Shown in pieces: positions 34,865 through 44,251 of a DNA stretch of 64,000 nt. The translations under genes were made by a program, and so were the position numbers. Where the stretch lies: the NCBI GenBank assembly GCA_965249575.1, contig OZ252244.1:3776001-3840000 (forward strand), in the 5' to 3' direction. A model generated the notes under the pieces. The model made no database searches. It was not told the DNA's origin and saw only the letters and a list, made by a program, of their open reading frames with translations. The stretch comes from Gemmatimonadales bacterium (GTDB lineage Bacteria > Gemmatimonadota > Gemmatimonadetes > Gemmatimonadales > GWC2-71-9). The first letter of the stretch is position 1. Each line of letters starts with the position of its first letter.

Positions 34865-36283
34865 ATGCGCAATGGACGGGCGGCGGCATGTCACCCATAC
34901 ATGCCGAACGCTGTTCCCGAAACGAAAGCTGCCATGATGCGGGCGATCGGTGTTGACGACATCGACGAGCTGTTCGAGCAGATACCGGAGCGCCTACGCC
35001 TCAAGGAACCGCTCACGCTGCCGGACCCGCTGGTCGAAGAAAGCGATCTGAGCCGGCACCTCAGAGAAACGCTGTCCAAGAGCCAGTCATGCGAAGACGC
35101 CCTCAGTTTTCTCGGCGCCGGCTGCTGGCAGCATTACGTGCCGGCTGTCTGCGATGAGATCGCCCAACGCAGCGAGTTCCTTACCGCAAACTTCGGGTCC
35201 GCGTCCTCCGATCACGGGCGTTTCCAGGCCTACTTCGAGTTCTGTAGCCAGATGGGCGAGCTCCTGAACATGGATGTCGTTGGGCTCCCCACCTATAGCT
35301 GGGGCTGCGCACTCGGAAATGCGATCCGCATGGCCGCCCGGATGACCGGCCGCCGGGAAGTGCTGGTGCCCCGCACCATGAGCCCCGAGCGGCTGGCCGT
35401 ACTGAAGAGCTTCTGCGGCCCAGAGGACGTCGCCGGGCACATCGCGATCCGTGAAATCGGGTTCGACAAGAACACCGGTCTGCTCGATCTGGACCACCTG
35501 ACTCGCGAGATCTCGAACAAGACGGCGGCAGTGTACTTCGAAAACCCGAGCTATCTGGGGTTCATCGAGGAGCACGGAGCGGAGGTGTCGCGCATCGCCC
35601 ACGAGCATGGCGCGGAGAGCGTGGTGGGCGTGGATCCGATATCACTGGGCGTGATCGCCGCACCGTCGGACTACGGAGCCGACATCGCAGTTGGCACGAC
35701 GCAGACCCTGGGAATTCACATGAATTGCGGAGGTGGTGTTGGCGGGTTCATTGCCAGCCGCGATGAAGATCGGTACGTGGGTGAATATCCGACGTTGCTC
35801 GTGAGCATCGCACCCACTAGTGCCGGCGGTGATGAGCGGGCGTTCTTCCTGAGCTGCGAGCACCAGACCTCGTATGGGCTCCGTGATGAGGGGAAGGATT
35901 GGACGGGGAACGCAGTCTATTTGTGGACCATCGTCAACGCCGTCTACATGTCGTTGCTGGGACCTCAGGGGTTCCGTGAAATTGGCGAGGTCATCATCCA
36001 ACGATCGCGATACGCCAGGAAGGTCCTGGGCCGGATCCAGGGAGTCGACGTCTCCTTTGCGCCAGGCGGATTCAAGGAGTTCCTCGTCACCTTCGACCAG
36101 GTCGGCAAGACGGTCGGAGAAATCAACCGGGCGCTGCGCGGCCACGGAATTTTCGGAGGCAAGGACCTGTCAAAGGAGTTTCCCGAATTGGGCGAGAGCG
36201 CACTGTACTGCGTGACCGAGATACACACCCAACGAGATGTCGACCGGCTTGCCGGCGCACTCAAGGAGGTCCTGGCCCGATGA
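34865..36283 (+). CDS. Divergent glycine dehydrogenase P-protein subunit 1-like (GcvPA paralog)
   Basis: HPYMPN, DELFEQIP, FLGAG..HYVPAV..RSEFLTA, YFENPSYLG, YGADIAVG and LYCVTEIH motifs. Confidence 0.85.
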   Translation: MRNGRAAACHPYMPNAVPETKAAMMRAIGVDDIDELFEQIPERLRLKEPLTLPDPLVEESDLSRHLRETLSKSQSCEDALSFLGAGCWQHYVPAVCDEIAQRSEFLTANFGSASSDHGRFQAYFEFCSQMGELLNMDVVGLPTYSWGCALGNAIRMAARMTGRREVLVPRTMSPERLAVLKSFCGPEDVAGHIAIREIGFDKNTGLLDLDHLTREISNKTAAVYFENPSYLGFIEEHGAEVSRIAHEHGAESVVGVDPISLGVIAAPSDYGADIAVGTTQTLGIHMNCGGGVGGFIASRDEDRYVGEYPTLLVSIAPTSAGGDERAFFLSCEHQTSYGLRDEGKDWTGNAVYLWTIVNAVYMSLLGPQGFREIGEVIIQRSRYARKVLGRIQGVDVSFAPGGFKEFLVTFDQVGKTVGEINRALRGHGIFGGKDLSKEFPELGESALYCVTEIHTQRDVDRLAGALKEVLAR

Positions 36284-37836
36284 CCGGACAGGTGAAGCTA
36301 CGTAACTACCACGCCGCAGTGTGGAGCGAGCCGGTCGTCATGGAGATGGGATACCCCGGACGGAGGGGCATTGCGATTTCACAAGCCGAAGACGCGGTCC
36401 GCCAAGAGGTGGGCGACGCTGAACGGCACATCCCGGCCGCAATGCGACGCAAGGATCCTCCCCGGCTACCGGAGCTGTCTCAACCCGAGGTGCTGCGTCA
36501 CTATCTGCATCTCTCGCAACAAACGCTCAGCATGATGGGGATCAATCTCTTTGGCACGTGCACGATGAAATACAACCCGCGAGTAGCGGAGCAGGCCGCT
36601 ACGGCCCCGCAGATGGCGGAGCTGCACCCGTATCAAGACGAAGAGACGCTGCAGGGACTGCTCGAGATAATCTACCGTTTCGACAACATGTGCCGCGCGG
36701 TCTCGGGCATGGATCAATTCGTCTTCCAGCCAGGTGGCGGCTCCCACGCAGCCTACACGCACGCCTGCGTGATGCGGGCATATCATGCCGCACGCGGGCA
36801 ACTAGAGCAGCGAAACGAGGTGATCACTACGCTGTTCACTCACTGCTGCAATCCGGCGGTCGCCGCGACGGCGGGATTCAAGGTGATCAACCTGATGCCG
36901 GACGAGAACGGCTATCCGTCGCTCGATTCACTGAAAGCGGCCGTCTCGGAGCGAACCGCGGGGCTGATGACAGTCAACCCGGACGATCTGGGCATCTACA
37001 ATCCGGACATCGACGAGTGGGTAAAGGTCGTGCACGACGCGGGGGGGCTGTGCTTTTACGATCATGCCAACTTCAACGGTGTGATGGGGCTGACCCGGGC
37101 GCGCGACATCGGCTTTGATGCGTGCATGTACATGCTCCACAAAACCTTTGGCGCTTCGAAGGGTGGGATGGGACCCGCCGGAGGGGCGTACGGCTGCACC
37201 AACGAGCTCGCCAAGTATCTCCCGGTTCCGGTCGTGACGTACGACGGGAGCGCCTACCACCTCGACGTCGACCGGCCGGACTCGATCGGCAAGATCCGCG
37301 AGTTCTGGGGCAACGCCCAGGTGGTCCTCAAGGCGTACGCTTGGGTGCTGGCGATGGGAGCGGCCGGCATTCGGGAGGCCCGCGAGCTCTCCGTGCTTGG
37401 AAACAACTATCTCGAGAAGCTCCTGATGGAGATCAAAGGGGTCTCCAAGGGGTTTCCGAACATGACCAAGCGGCGGCTCGAGATGACGCGGTACGGATGG
37501 GACCGTCTGACTCAGGAGACCGGCGTCAATACGGTAGACATTCAGCACCGGATGACGGATTTCGGCCTGGACGCGTATTGGATGGCTCACCCACCCCCGA
37601 TTGTGCCTGAACCATTTACACCCGAGGCGGGCGAGACGCCGCCGCTGGAGGACATCGAGTATTGGGCAGCAGTGCTCAAGCACATCGCGTCGGAAGCTTA
37701 TTCGACTCCAGAGGTCGTCAAGAGCGCGCCGCACAAGCAGGTGGTGCACCGCGTCGACTTCGACGCGCTGCAGGATCCGGCTCGCCGGGCGATGACGTGG
37801 CGTGCACACCTGAAGAAACGCACTACCAAGGGGTGA
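36280..37836 (+). CDS. Divergent glycine dehydrogenase P-protein subunit 2-like (GcvPB paralog)
   Basis: LPELSQPEVLRHY..LS and GTCTMKYNP motifs; PLP-lysine motif LHKTF; ATGA coupling to subunit 1. Confidence 0.85.
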   Translation: MTGQVKLRNYHAAVWSEPVVMEMGYPGRRGIAISQAEDAVRQEVGDAERHIPAAMRRKDPPRLPELSQPEVLRHYLHLSQQTLSMMGINLFGTCTMKYNPRVAEQAATAPQMAELHPYQDEETLQGLLEIIYRFDNMCRAVSGMDQFVFQPGGGSHAAYTHACVMRAYHAARGQLEQRNEVITTLFTHCCNPAVAATAGFKVINLMPDENGYPSLDSLKAAVSERTAGLMTVNPDDLGIYNPDIDEWVKVVHDAGGLCFYDHANFNGVMGLTRARDIGFDACMYMLHKTFGASKGGMGPAGGAYGCTNELAKYLPVPVVTYDGSAYHLDVDRPDSIGKIREFWGNAQVVLKAYAWVLAMGAAGIREARELSVLGNNYLEKLLMEIKGVSKGFPNMTKRRLEMTRYGWDRLTQETGVNTVDIQHRMTDFGLDAYWMAHPPPIVPEPFTPEAGETPPLEDIEYWAAVLKHIASEAYSTPEVVKSAPHKQVVHRVDFDALQDPARRAMTWRAHLKKRTTKG

Positions 37837-37864
37837 GTCGGCCTCTCCCGCGTCCTAAGGCTCG

Positions 37865-39019
37865 ATGATGTCGGGATCGGGAGGCGATGCGTCGGCGCGC
37901 AGTCGGCGAATCGTCGGGCTCATCGTCAATCCCATCGCCGGAATGGGTGGCAGCGTGGGCCTCAAGGGAACGGATGGGCCGGTCATCGACACCGCGAGAG
38001 CGTTGGGTGCGGTGCCGCAAGCGGGTCTCAAGGCCGTGCGCGCCCTCCGCAGACTGTCCCCCGTCGCAGAACGGCTCGAAATCCTCACTTGTCCCGACGA
38101 GATGGGCGCTCGGGCCGTGGAGGCGGCAGGGCTCTCTGGACGCGTGGTCGTGTCGGCCCGAGAGGGTGCCAGCGGCCCCGAGGATACGCAGGAAGCCGTG
38201 CGCGCGATGGCCGGACGCGACGTCGATCTGCTCCTCTTCGCGGGTGGGGACGGGACTGCCCGAGATGTCGCCGACGTGGTGGGACCGAGCCTGCCCGCAC
38301 TTGGCATCCCAGCGGGCGTCAAGGTTTACTCCGGCGTGTTCGCAACCACTCCGGAAAACGCCGGGAATTTGGCTGCGCAATTCCTGGGCGCAGGACAGGT
38401 AACCGACCTGCGAGAAGCCGAGGTCGTCGATGTCGACGAAGCGGCTGTGCGGGAGGGCCGTCTTTCTGCGTCGTTGTATGGTTACCTGAGGGTCCCGAGC
38501 GCACCACAGTTGGTTGCTGGCGCTAAGAGCGGCTCCGCCCGCGACGAGCGCGCTCTCGGCGGAATAGCCCACAGTATCGCCCGCGGAATGGAGCCCGACT
38601 GCCTCTATGTCATCGGGCCCGGCACGACGACTCGAACAATTGTCCGGCACTTGGGCCTTGAGAGCACGCTGCTCGGCGTCGACGTCGTCTGCAACGGGCA
38701 GTTCGTCGGCACCGATCTGAGCGAGCGCCAGCTCCTCGCGCTCCTCGAGGGTGGGAAGCGGGCACGGATCATAGTAGGGGTCATTGGTGGCCAGGGGTAC
38801 ATCTTCGGACGCGGCAATCAGCAGATCGGACCTCAGGTCATCAAGAAGGTCGGGCGTGACAACATCCTCGTGGTGGCGACCGCGGCGAAGCTACTGTCGC
38901 TGACCCGCGGCGTGCTGCTGGTCGACACCGGCGATCCGGCCTTGGACCGGGAGCTCCAGGGCTTCATACGCGTTGTGTCCGGAAACGAAGAGGAGACACT
39001 ATTCCGGGTGCAGGCCTGA
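37865..39019 (+). CDS. ATP-NAD kinase family / AcoX-like protein (COG3199-like)
   Basis: VNPIAGMGGSVGLKGTDG, FAGGDGTARD, GIPAGVK and GGQGYIFGRGNQQ motifs. Confidence 0.85.
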   Translation: MMSGSGGDASARSRRIVGLIVNPIAGMGGSVGLKGTDGPVIDTARALGAVPQAGLKAVRALRRLSPVAERLEILTCPDEMGARAVEAAGLSGRVVVSAREGASGPEDTQEAVRAMAGRDVDLLLFAGGDGTARDVADVVGPSLPALGIPAGVKVYSGVFATTPENAGNLAAQFLGAGQVTDLREAEVVDVDEAAVREGRLSASLYGYLRVPSAPQLVAGAKSGSARDERALGGIAHSIARGMEPDCLYVIGPGTTTRTIVRHLGLESTLLGVDVVCNGQFVGTDLSERQLLALLEGGKRARIIVGVIGGQGYIFGRGNQQIGPQVIKKVGRDNILVVATAAKLLSLTRGVLLVDTGDPALDRELQGFIRVVSGNEEETLFRVQA

Positions 39020-39023
39020 TGAC

Positions 39024-40793
39024 ATGCGCGTGATTACCAAGGGAATTGCGGCGAAGGACGCCGGACTGGCCTTCGAATTCGAAGGGCGTCGCATCCAGAC
39101 GGTACCGGGTGCGTCCCTGGGCGCGGCGTTAATTGCCGCCGGTGAGCGAATCTGCCGGCGGACACCTTCTGGTGCACCCAGGGGGCTGTTCTGCGGCATG
39201 GGGGTGTGCCTGGATTGCCTCGTCACGGTCGATGGTGAGCCGAACCAGCGTGCGTGCATGACCGCCGCGGTGGACGGCACAACAGTAGAACGTCAACAAC
39301 CGCTTGCCGCCCATCATGCTCCACCTCGGGAAGTCTCTCAGCGCGACGAGTCCATGGATGTGTTGGTGATAGGAGCGGGGCCGGCGGGGTTGGCGGCGGC
39401 GTCAGTGGCATCGGAAGCCGGCCTAGACGTGACCCTGGTGGACGAGCGTGCCAAACTCGGCGGTCAGTATTTCAAGCAACCGGCCGATGGGTTCACCGTC
39501 GACGATGAACTGGTCGACCGGCAGTTTCGGCAGGGGCGCTCGATGATTCACCGCGTCCACCGGTCGGGTGTGCGTTTGCTGAGTGGCGTCACCGTTTGGG
39601 CTGCCCACGGACCGACGGAAGTACGGGCGGTGGGAAACGGCGTAAACTACGTGCTTCGCCCGAAGCGACTGGTGATCGCAACGGGCGCGTACGACCAGGC
39701 CGTACCGATGCCCGGCTGGATGCTGCCGGGGTTCATGACCACCGGAGCGGCACAGACGCTCCTCAGAGCCTACCAGGTCGCCCCGGGAAATCGAGTCGTG
39801 ATCTCTGGCAACGGGCCGCTCAACATCCAGCTCGCCGCCGAGCTGACTCGAGCCGGGATCACGGTGGTCGCTCTCGCGGAGCTGGCGCCGGCTCCCGGCC
39901 TTCGGTCGATATCGCGCCTGGCAACGATGTTCTGGACCGCGCCAGACCTCCTGTTTGAGGGCGCAGGCTACCTGCACACTTTGCGCCGTGCCGGTGTGCC
40001 CATGCTGTACGGCCAGTCGGTGATCGCTGCAACGGGAGACGGTAGCGTCGCGGAGGCTATGGTGGCCACTATCGATTGCGACGGGCGACCAATGCGGGGA
40101 ACCGAGCGCGTGCTGGACGCCGATGCTGTCTGTATTGGCTTCGGCTTCCTGCCGTCCAATGAGATCTCCCGGGCACTTGGCTGCCGTCATCACTTCGACG
40201 AGCGACGGCGGCAGCTCGTCGTGGAGCGAGATCGGTACGGCCGAACGACCGTCGACGGCGTGACAGTCGTTGGAGACGGCGGCGGGCTTGGTGGGGCGCG
40301 GATCGCGTTGGCTCAGGGCACGCTTGCTGGCGTGGACGCCGCCCGGCATCTGCGGGCGGGTGACACGCGCACGCTCGCCCTCGAGGCTAGCGGGGCCGAG
40401 CGGGAATTGCGCCGGCAGGAACGATTCCAGCGCGCTCTCTGGGAACTGTACAGATCACCACTCCTCGTGGACCAACTCGCGACCGACGACACGCAGATTT
40501 GCCGGTGCGAGGAGGTCAGCTTGGGCGCCATCCGTGAGGCAATGGACGGCGGGGCCGAGTCACTGGGTGCTCTGAAGCGTATAACCCGGGCGGGTATGGG
40601 CCGTTGCCAAGGACGGTATTGCGCCGGGTTCATCGCCGGCATGCTCCGGGCGCGCAGTGGCCGGCCGCTCGACGAGCTGGAGTTCTTCGCGCCGCGCGCA
40701 CCGTTTAAGCCGGTTCCTATCGGTGCAGTGGCTCCCGGTCGTTTCGCCGATTCGGCTATGGCTCAACGTGGGTACCCACCCGATGAATCGTGA
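39024..40793 (+). CDS. Fused 2Fe-2S / FAD-NAD(P) oxidoreductase / BFD-like 2Fe-2S protein (HcnA+HcnB / OoxA / LhpE+F-like)
   Basis: CGMGVCLDC..RACM, GAGPAG, ATGAYD, ICRCEEV and GMGRCQGRYC motifs. Confidence 0.88.
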   Translation: MRVITKGIAAKDAGLAFEFEGRRIQTVPGASLGAALIAAGERICRRTPSGAPRGLFCGMGVCLDCLVTVDGEPNQRACMTAAVDGTTVERQQPLAAHHAPPREVSQRDESMDVLVIGAGPAGLAAASVASEAGLDVTLVDERAKLGGQYFKQPADGFTVDDELVDRQFRQGRSMIHRVHRSGVRLLSGVTVWAAHGPTEVRAVGNGVNYVLRPKRLVIATGAYDQAVPMPGWMLPGFMTTGAAQTLLRAYQVAPGNRVVISGNGPLNIQLAAELTRAGITVVALAELAPAPGLRSISRLATMFWTAPDLLFEGAGYLHTLRRAGVPMLYGQSVIAATGDGSVAEAMVATIDCDGRPMRGTERVLDADAVCIGFGFLPSNEISRALGCRHHFDERRRQLVVERDRYGRTTVDGVTVVGDGGGLGGARIALAQGTLAGVDAARHLRAGDTRTLALEASGAERELRRQERFQRALWELYRSPLLVDQLATDDTQICRCEEVSLGAIREAMDGGAESLGALKRITRAGMGRCQGRYCAGFIAGMLRARSGRPLDELEFFAPRAPFKPVPIGAVAPGRFADSAMAQRGYPPDES

Positions 40794-40834
40794 TCCGGGT
40801 GGGGCCTGCCGTCCGGCGCACCCTGAACGACCGC

Positions 40835-41986
40835 CTAGTGGTAGCGCGTCGCGGAAAAGGCTGCCAGGTCCAGGTCGGGATCTCGGCCGAGGACCAACTG
40901 GGCCACGGCCCTCGCTCCGATCGGCCCGGCCGTGAACCCCAACCACGGAATGGCATTCACGAAGCACCCGGGAATGCCCGGGATCTCCCCGAGAACCGGT
41001 CTCCAGTCGTCGGATCCGCTGACGATCGCCGGCCAGGTCCGCAGCAGCTGGAGGCGCGAAATCGCCGGGACCACCGTTTGGGCGACCTGGAGATTCGCTC
41101 GAAGCGAATCCGGATCTACGGCAAGCCGACCGGTGGTTGGCTCGTATCGAGCAGGCCAGCCCCCTCCGATGAGCAGGCAGCCGCTGGCCGCCTGCTTCAG
41201 CGACAGCTTTTCACCTGCGGAGTAGACGAGGTGCGGCACTAGCGGGGCTACTGGCTCCGTAACGCTGACCTGGATAGGATACCCTTCAATGGGAAGGTCG
41301 AGTCCCACCATACGGGCAACTCGGGGGGCGTCGGTCCCCGCGCAGTTCACCATCCGGCGGGCCCCGAAGACGCCCGCGCTCGTCTGGGCTCGGAAACCGC
41401 TTCGGTCGTGCTCAAGGCCTAGCAGCTCCGTGCGGCAGTGAATCCGTGCCCCGAGGGATTCGGCTGCTCGCGCAAACGCTGGCGTGGCGAGGAGCGGGTT
41501 GGCCTTGCCCTCCGTGGGGCAGTAGGCTCCGCCCGCGAGGTCCTCGTTGATGTAGGGTGCCAGATCAATGAGCGCATTGCGCGAAAGCATCTCGACCGAA
41601 AGACCATGGGCGCGCTCGATGGACACCTTTCGCTCGATGTCTTGGAGTTGGGTGTCGTTCTCGGCGACCAGTAAGCCGCCGCGAAGGGAGACCTCGAGAT
41701 CCGCCCCCAACTCCTGGCCAAGGCCAGACCAGAGGGCGATCGACTCGAGCAGCAGCGGAATGGTGCGTGCGTACGCCTCCGTCCACTGTTCCCCGTACAG
41801 GATGAAGGGCTCGTGAGGAATCTGCGCGTGCAGACTGCCCGAGTTGCAGCCCGATTGCTGGGTGTTAAGGTCCCACCGCTCAATCAGGGTGACCTCGACG
41901 CCCTCGCTGGCCAAGTAATAGGCGGTCGCGCTTCCGGCGAGGCCGCCCCCGACGATCAGGACGTCGGTTCGGCGGGTCTCAGGCAT
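40835..41986 (-). CDS. FAD-dependent D-amino-acid-oxidase-family subunit (HcnC/OoxB/LhpB-like)
   Basis: GGGLAG, SGCNSGSLH, RTWPAI, DWRPVLG and GFTAGP motifs. Confidence 0.88.
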   Translation of the reverse strand: MPETRRTDVLIVGGGLAGSATAYYLASEGVEVTLIERWDLNTQQSGCNSGSLHAQIPHEPFILYGEQWTEAYARTIPLLLESIALWSGLGQELGADLEVSLRGGLLVAENDTQLQDIERKVSIERAHGLSVEMLSRNALIDLAPYINEDLAGGAYCPTEGKANPLLATPAFARAAESLGARIHCRTELLGLEHDRSGFRAQTSAGVFGARRMVNCAGTDAPRVARMVGLDLPIEGYPIQVSVTEPVAPLVPHLVYSAGEKLSLKQAASGCLLIGGGWPARYEPTTGRLAVDPDSLRANLQVAQTVVPAISRLQLLRTWPAIVSGSDDWRPVLGEIPGIPGCFVNAIPWLGFTAGPIGARAVAQLVLGRDPDLDLAAFSATRYH

Positions 41987-42105
41987 GGTGTGGGACGGGC
42001 ACCTTGGCTACCATGGGACGAATCATTACACCGCGGCCGTTTTCAGCGCCAGCGATCGAGCCGGGGACGAGCAGCGGCCACTGTAACTCATCAGGAGTCG
42101 GCACC

Positions 42106-43071
42106 ATGACCAGGGAATTTCGCGGCAGCTTCACGGTGACCATCACTCCCTTTACAGCGAACGGGGCTGCGATCGATATGCCGGCCCTCGCGCTTTTTCT
42201 CGATTGGCAGCTCGACGTCGGGGTGCCTGGAATCATCATCCTCGGCACGACGGGCGAATTCCTCACAGTTTCAGAAGAGGAACGATCGCGGTACATCGAG
42301 GCCACGGTGAGCCATATTGCCGGCCGGATCCCGGTGATCGTCGGGACCGCGAACGCCTACACCCCCCGCGCGGCCCGGTTCAGTCGGGAAGCCGAGGCGC
42401 TCGGCGCCGACGGCCTCATGATCATTCCACCCTACTACTACACGCCAACCGAAGATGAAATCTTCAGATACTATCAAGCCATTTGTGACACTACGTCGCT
42501 TCCGATCATGCTGTACAACAATCCCTGCACGTCGAATGTGGATATGTCGGCTAAGCTTGTGGCCCGCTTAGCCCGCACCTTCCCGAATGTCCGCTACATC
42601 AAAGAGGCCAGCATGGACGTGGCCCGGGTTTACGAAATCGTGGAGGAGACGGACGGGCTCGTATCCGTGTTCGCGGGCGAGCGGATCGTTGAATCGTTCC
42701 TCCTGGGAGCCGTCGGATACGTCAATCCATACGGAAACTACATCCCCCGGGCCTCGCACCGCATTTGGGATTTCCTTGTTGACGGACGTATCGACGACGC
42801 GAAGCGTATTCAACGGCTCATCAACGAGATGGATCATATTATCGCTGAGGGGCACCCTACTTATGGACATCAGTGCTACTCCAAGGCGCTTGCCGCCGCC
42901 GCCGGCTACCCCGTTGGGGACGTTCGTCCTCCCTTAACGACGTTCGCGCAACTGGGGCAGGAAGGTCTGCAGCGCCGGGAGAGGCTAGTCAAGATCATGC
43001 TCGAGCTGGAGGCACTCATAGAGCAGCTTGATACGGCACCAAAGCTCGCGGCGCCGCGGGGCGCGGCATAG
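42106..43071 (+). CDS. Dihydrodipicolinate synthase (DapA) family lyase/deaminase
   Basis: ITPF, GTTGE, PPYY, LYNNP and YIKEAS motifs; AGGAG SD. Confidence 0.88.
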   Translation: MTREFRGSFTVTITPFTANGAAIDMPALALFLDWQLDVGVPGIIILGTTGEFLTVSEEERSRYIEATVSHIAGRIPVIVGTANAYTPRAARFSREAEALGADGLMIIPPYYYTPTEDEIFRYYQAICDTTSLPIMLYNNPCTSNVDMSAKLVARLARTFPNVRYIKEASMDVARVYEIVEETDGLVSVFAGERIVESFLLGAVGYVNPYGNYIPRASHRIWDFLVDGRIDDAKRIQRLINEMDHIIAEGHPTYGHQCYSKALAAAAGYPVGDVRPPLTTFAQLGQEGLQRRERLVKIMLELEALIEQLDTAPKLAAPRGAA

Positions 43072-43091
43072 GCCCGGTCACGGTGCAGCGA

Positions 43092-44207
43092 GTGAGTCAG
43101 CCGCTTCTCTTCTCCCCGTTGTCGATACGGAACGTCACGTTCCGCAACCGGGTGATGGTGTCACCGATGTGCCAGTACCAAGCCGTAGAGGGCCAAGCCC
43201 AGGACTGGCATTTCGCGCACCACTCCCGATTCGCCCTAGGTGGGGTTGGAGCCGCCACGGTCGAAGCGACCGCGGTGACCCGCGACGGTCGGATCACGTA
43301 CGGGTGTACCGGCATCTGGGAGGACGACCAGATACCGGGCTTTCGGCGCATCGCGGACGGTTACCGAGCACAGGGGGTCGCCTCCGGAATCCAGCTCAAC
43401 CACGCCGGCCGGAAGGCAAGCACAACGCGGCCGTGGGACGGCGGGGCACCGCTGCCGGCGGATGGCGAGCCTGCCTGGGAAGCCGTCGGCCCGAGCGCGC
43501 TCCCCGCACGGGACGGTTGGCCGCCGCCACGGGCGCTCGAGACAGATGAAATCCCGGCGATTGTAGAGGCGTTTCGAGCGGCGGCGTTGCGCGCCCTCGA
43601 AGCAGAGTTCGACTTTATCGAGATTCACGGCGCCCATGGGTATCTGCTACATAGCTTCTTCTCACCGCTGTCGAACCACAGGACGGACGATTTCGGTGGA
43701 GACAGGGAGCGCCGGATGCGACTTCCGCTCATGGTGGCCGAGGCCACCCGATCGGTGTGGCCGACGGAGCGTCCGCTCTTTTATCGCGCCTCCGTGATCG
43801 ACGGCGTGGACGGTGGGATCACGCTGGAGGACACCGTCGCGCTCGCCCGCGCCCTGAAAGCAGCAGGAGTCGATGCGATTGACTGCTCTTCCGGTGGGCT
43901 GCTGGGATCGGTCTCGTTGAGCAACACGCTTCCTCCGCCGGGATTTCAGGTGCCGCTCGCGGAGGCCGTGCGACGGGATGCAGACATTGCGACCGTGGCC
44001 GTGGGCATGCTGACTGAGCCGGACCAGGCCGAAGCGATTCTCCAGGAGGGTCAAGCGGATCTGATTGCCATCGCCCGCGAGTTCATTGCCGACCCCAACT
44101 GGGCCTATCGAGCCGCGCGAGAGCTCGGTCTGGAGGATCCGCACGGCATTCTTCCCTTCTCGTACGCCTTCTATTTACGCCGCCGTGCGGCCTTGCTACG
44201 GAGTTGA
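43092..44207 (+). CDS. NADH:flavin oxidoreductase (old yellow enzyme, NamA/YqjM-like)
   Basis: SPMCQY, QLNHAGRK and HGAHGYLLHSFFSPLSNHRTD motifs. Confidence 0.92.
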   Translation: MSQPLLFSPLSIRNVTFRNRVMVSPMCQYQAVEGQAQDWHFAHHSRFALGGVGAATVEATAVTRDGRITYGCTGIWEDDQIPGFRRIADGYRAQGVASGIQLNHAGRKASTTRPWDGGAPLPADGEPAWEAVGPSALPARDGWPPPRALETDEIPAIVEAFRAAALRALEAEFDFIEIHGAHGYLLHSFFSPLSNHRTDDFGGDRERRMRLPLMVAEATRSVWPTERPLFYRASVIDGVDGGITLEDTVALARALKAAGVDAIDCSSGGLLGSVSLSNTLPPPGFQVPLAEAVRRDADIATVAVGMLTEPDQAEAILQEGQADLIAIAREFIADPNWAYRAARELGLEDPHGILPFSYAFYLRRRAALLRS

Positions 44208-44251
44208 GCAGCCCTGAGCAGGATCACGTCAGTGCCCGCGGAGCCGAGGCC

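Noticed and set aside
34865..37836. Canonical glycine cleavage system
   Set aside because: Signature motifs are altered and there is no gcvT/gcvH/lpd in the window, so gene symbols were withheld.
39024..41986. Hydrogen cyanide synthase or sarcosine oxidase call
   Set aside because: The family is shared with opine and hydroxyproline dehydrogenases. There is no folate-binding domain or SoxD/G, and the importer/lyase context is catabolic.
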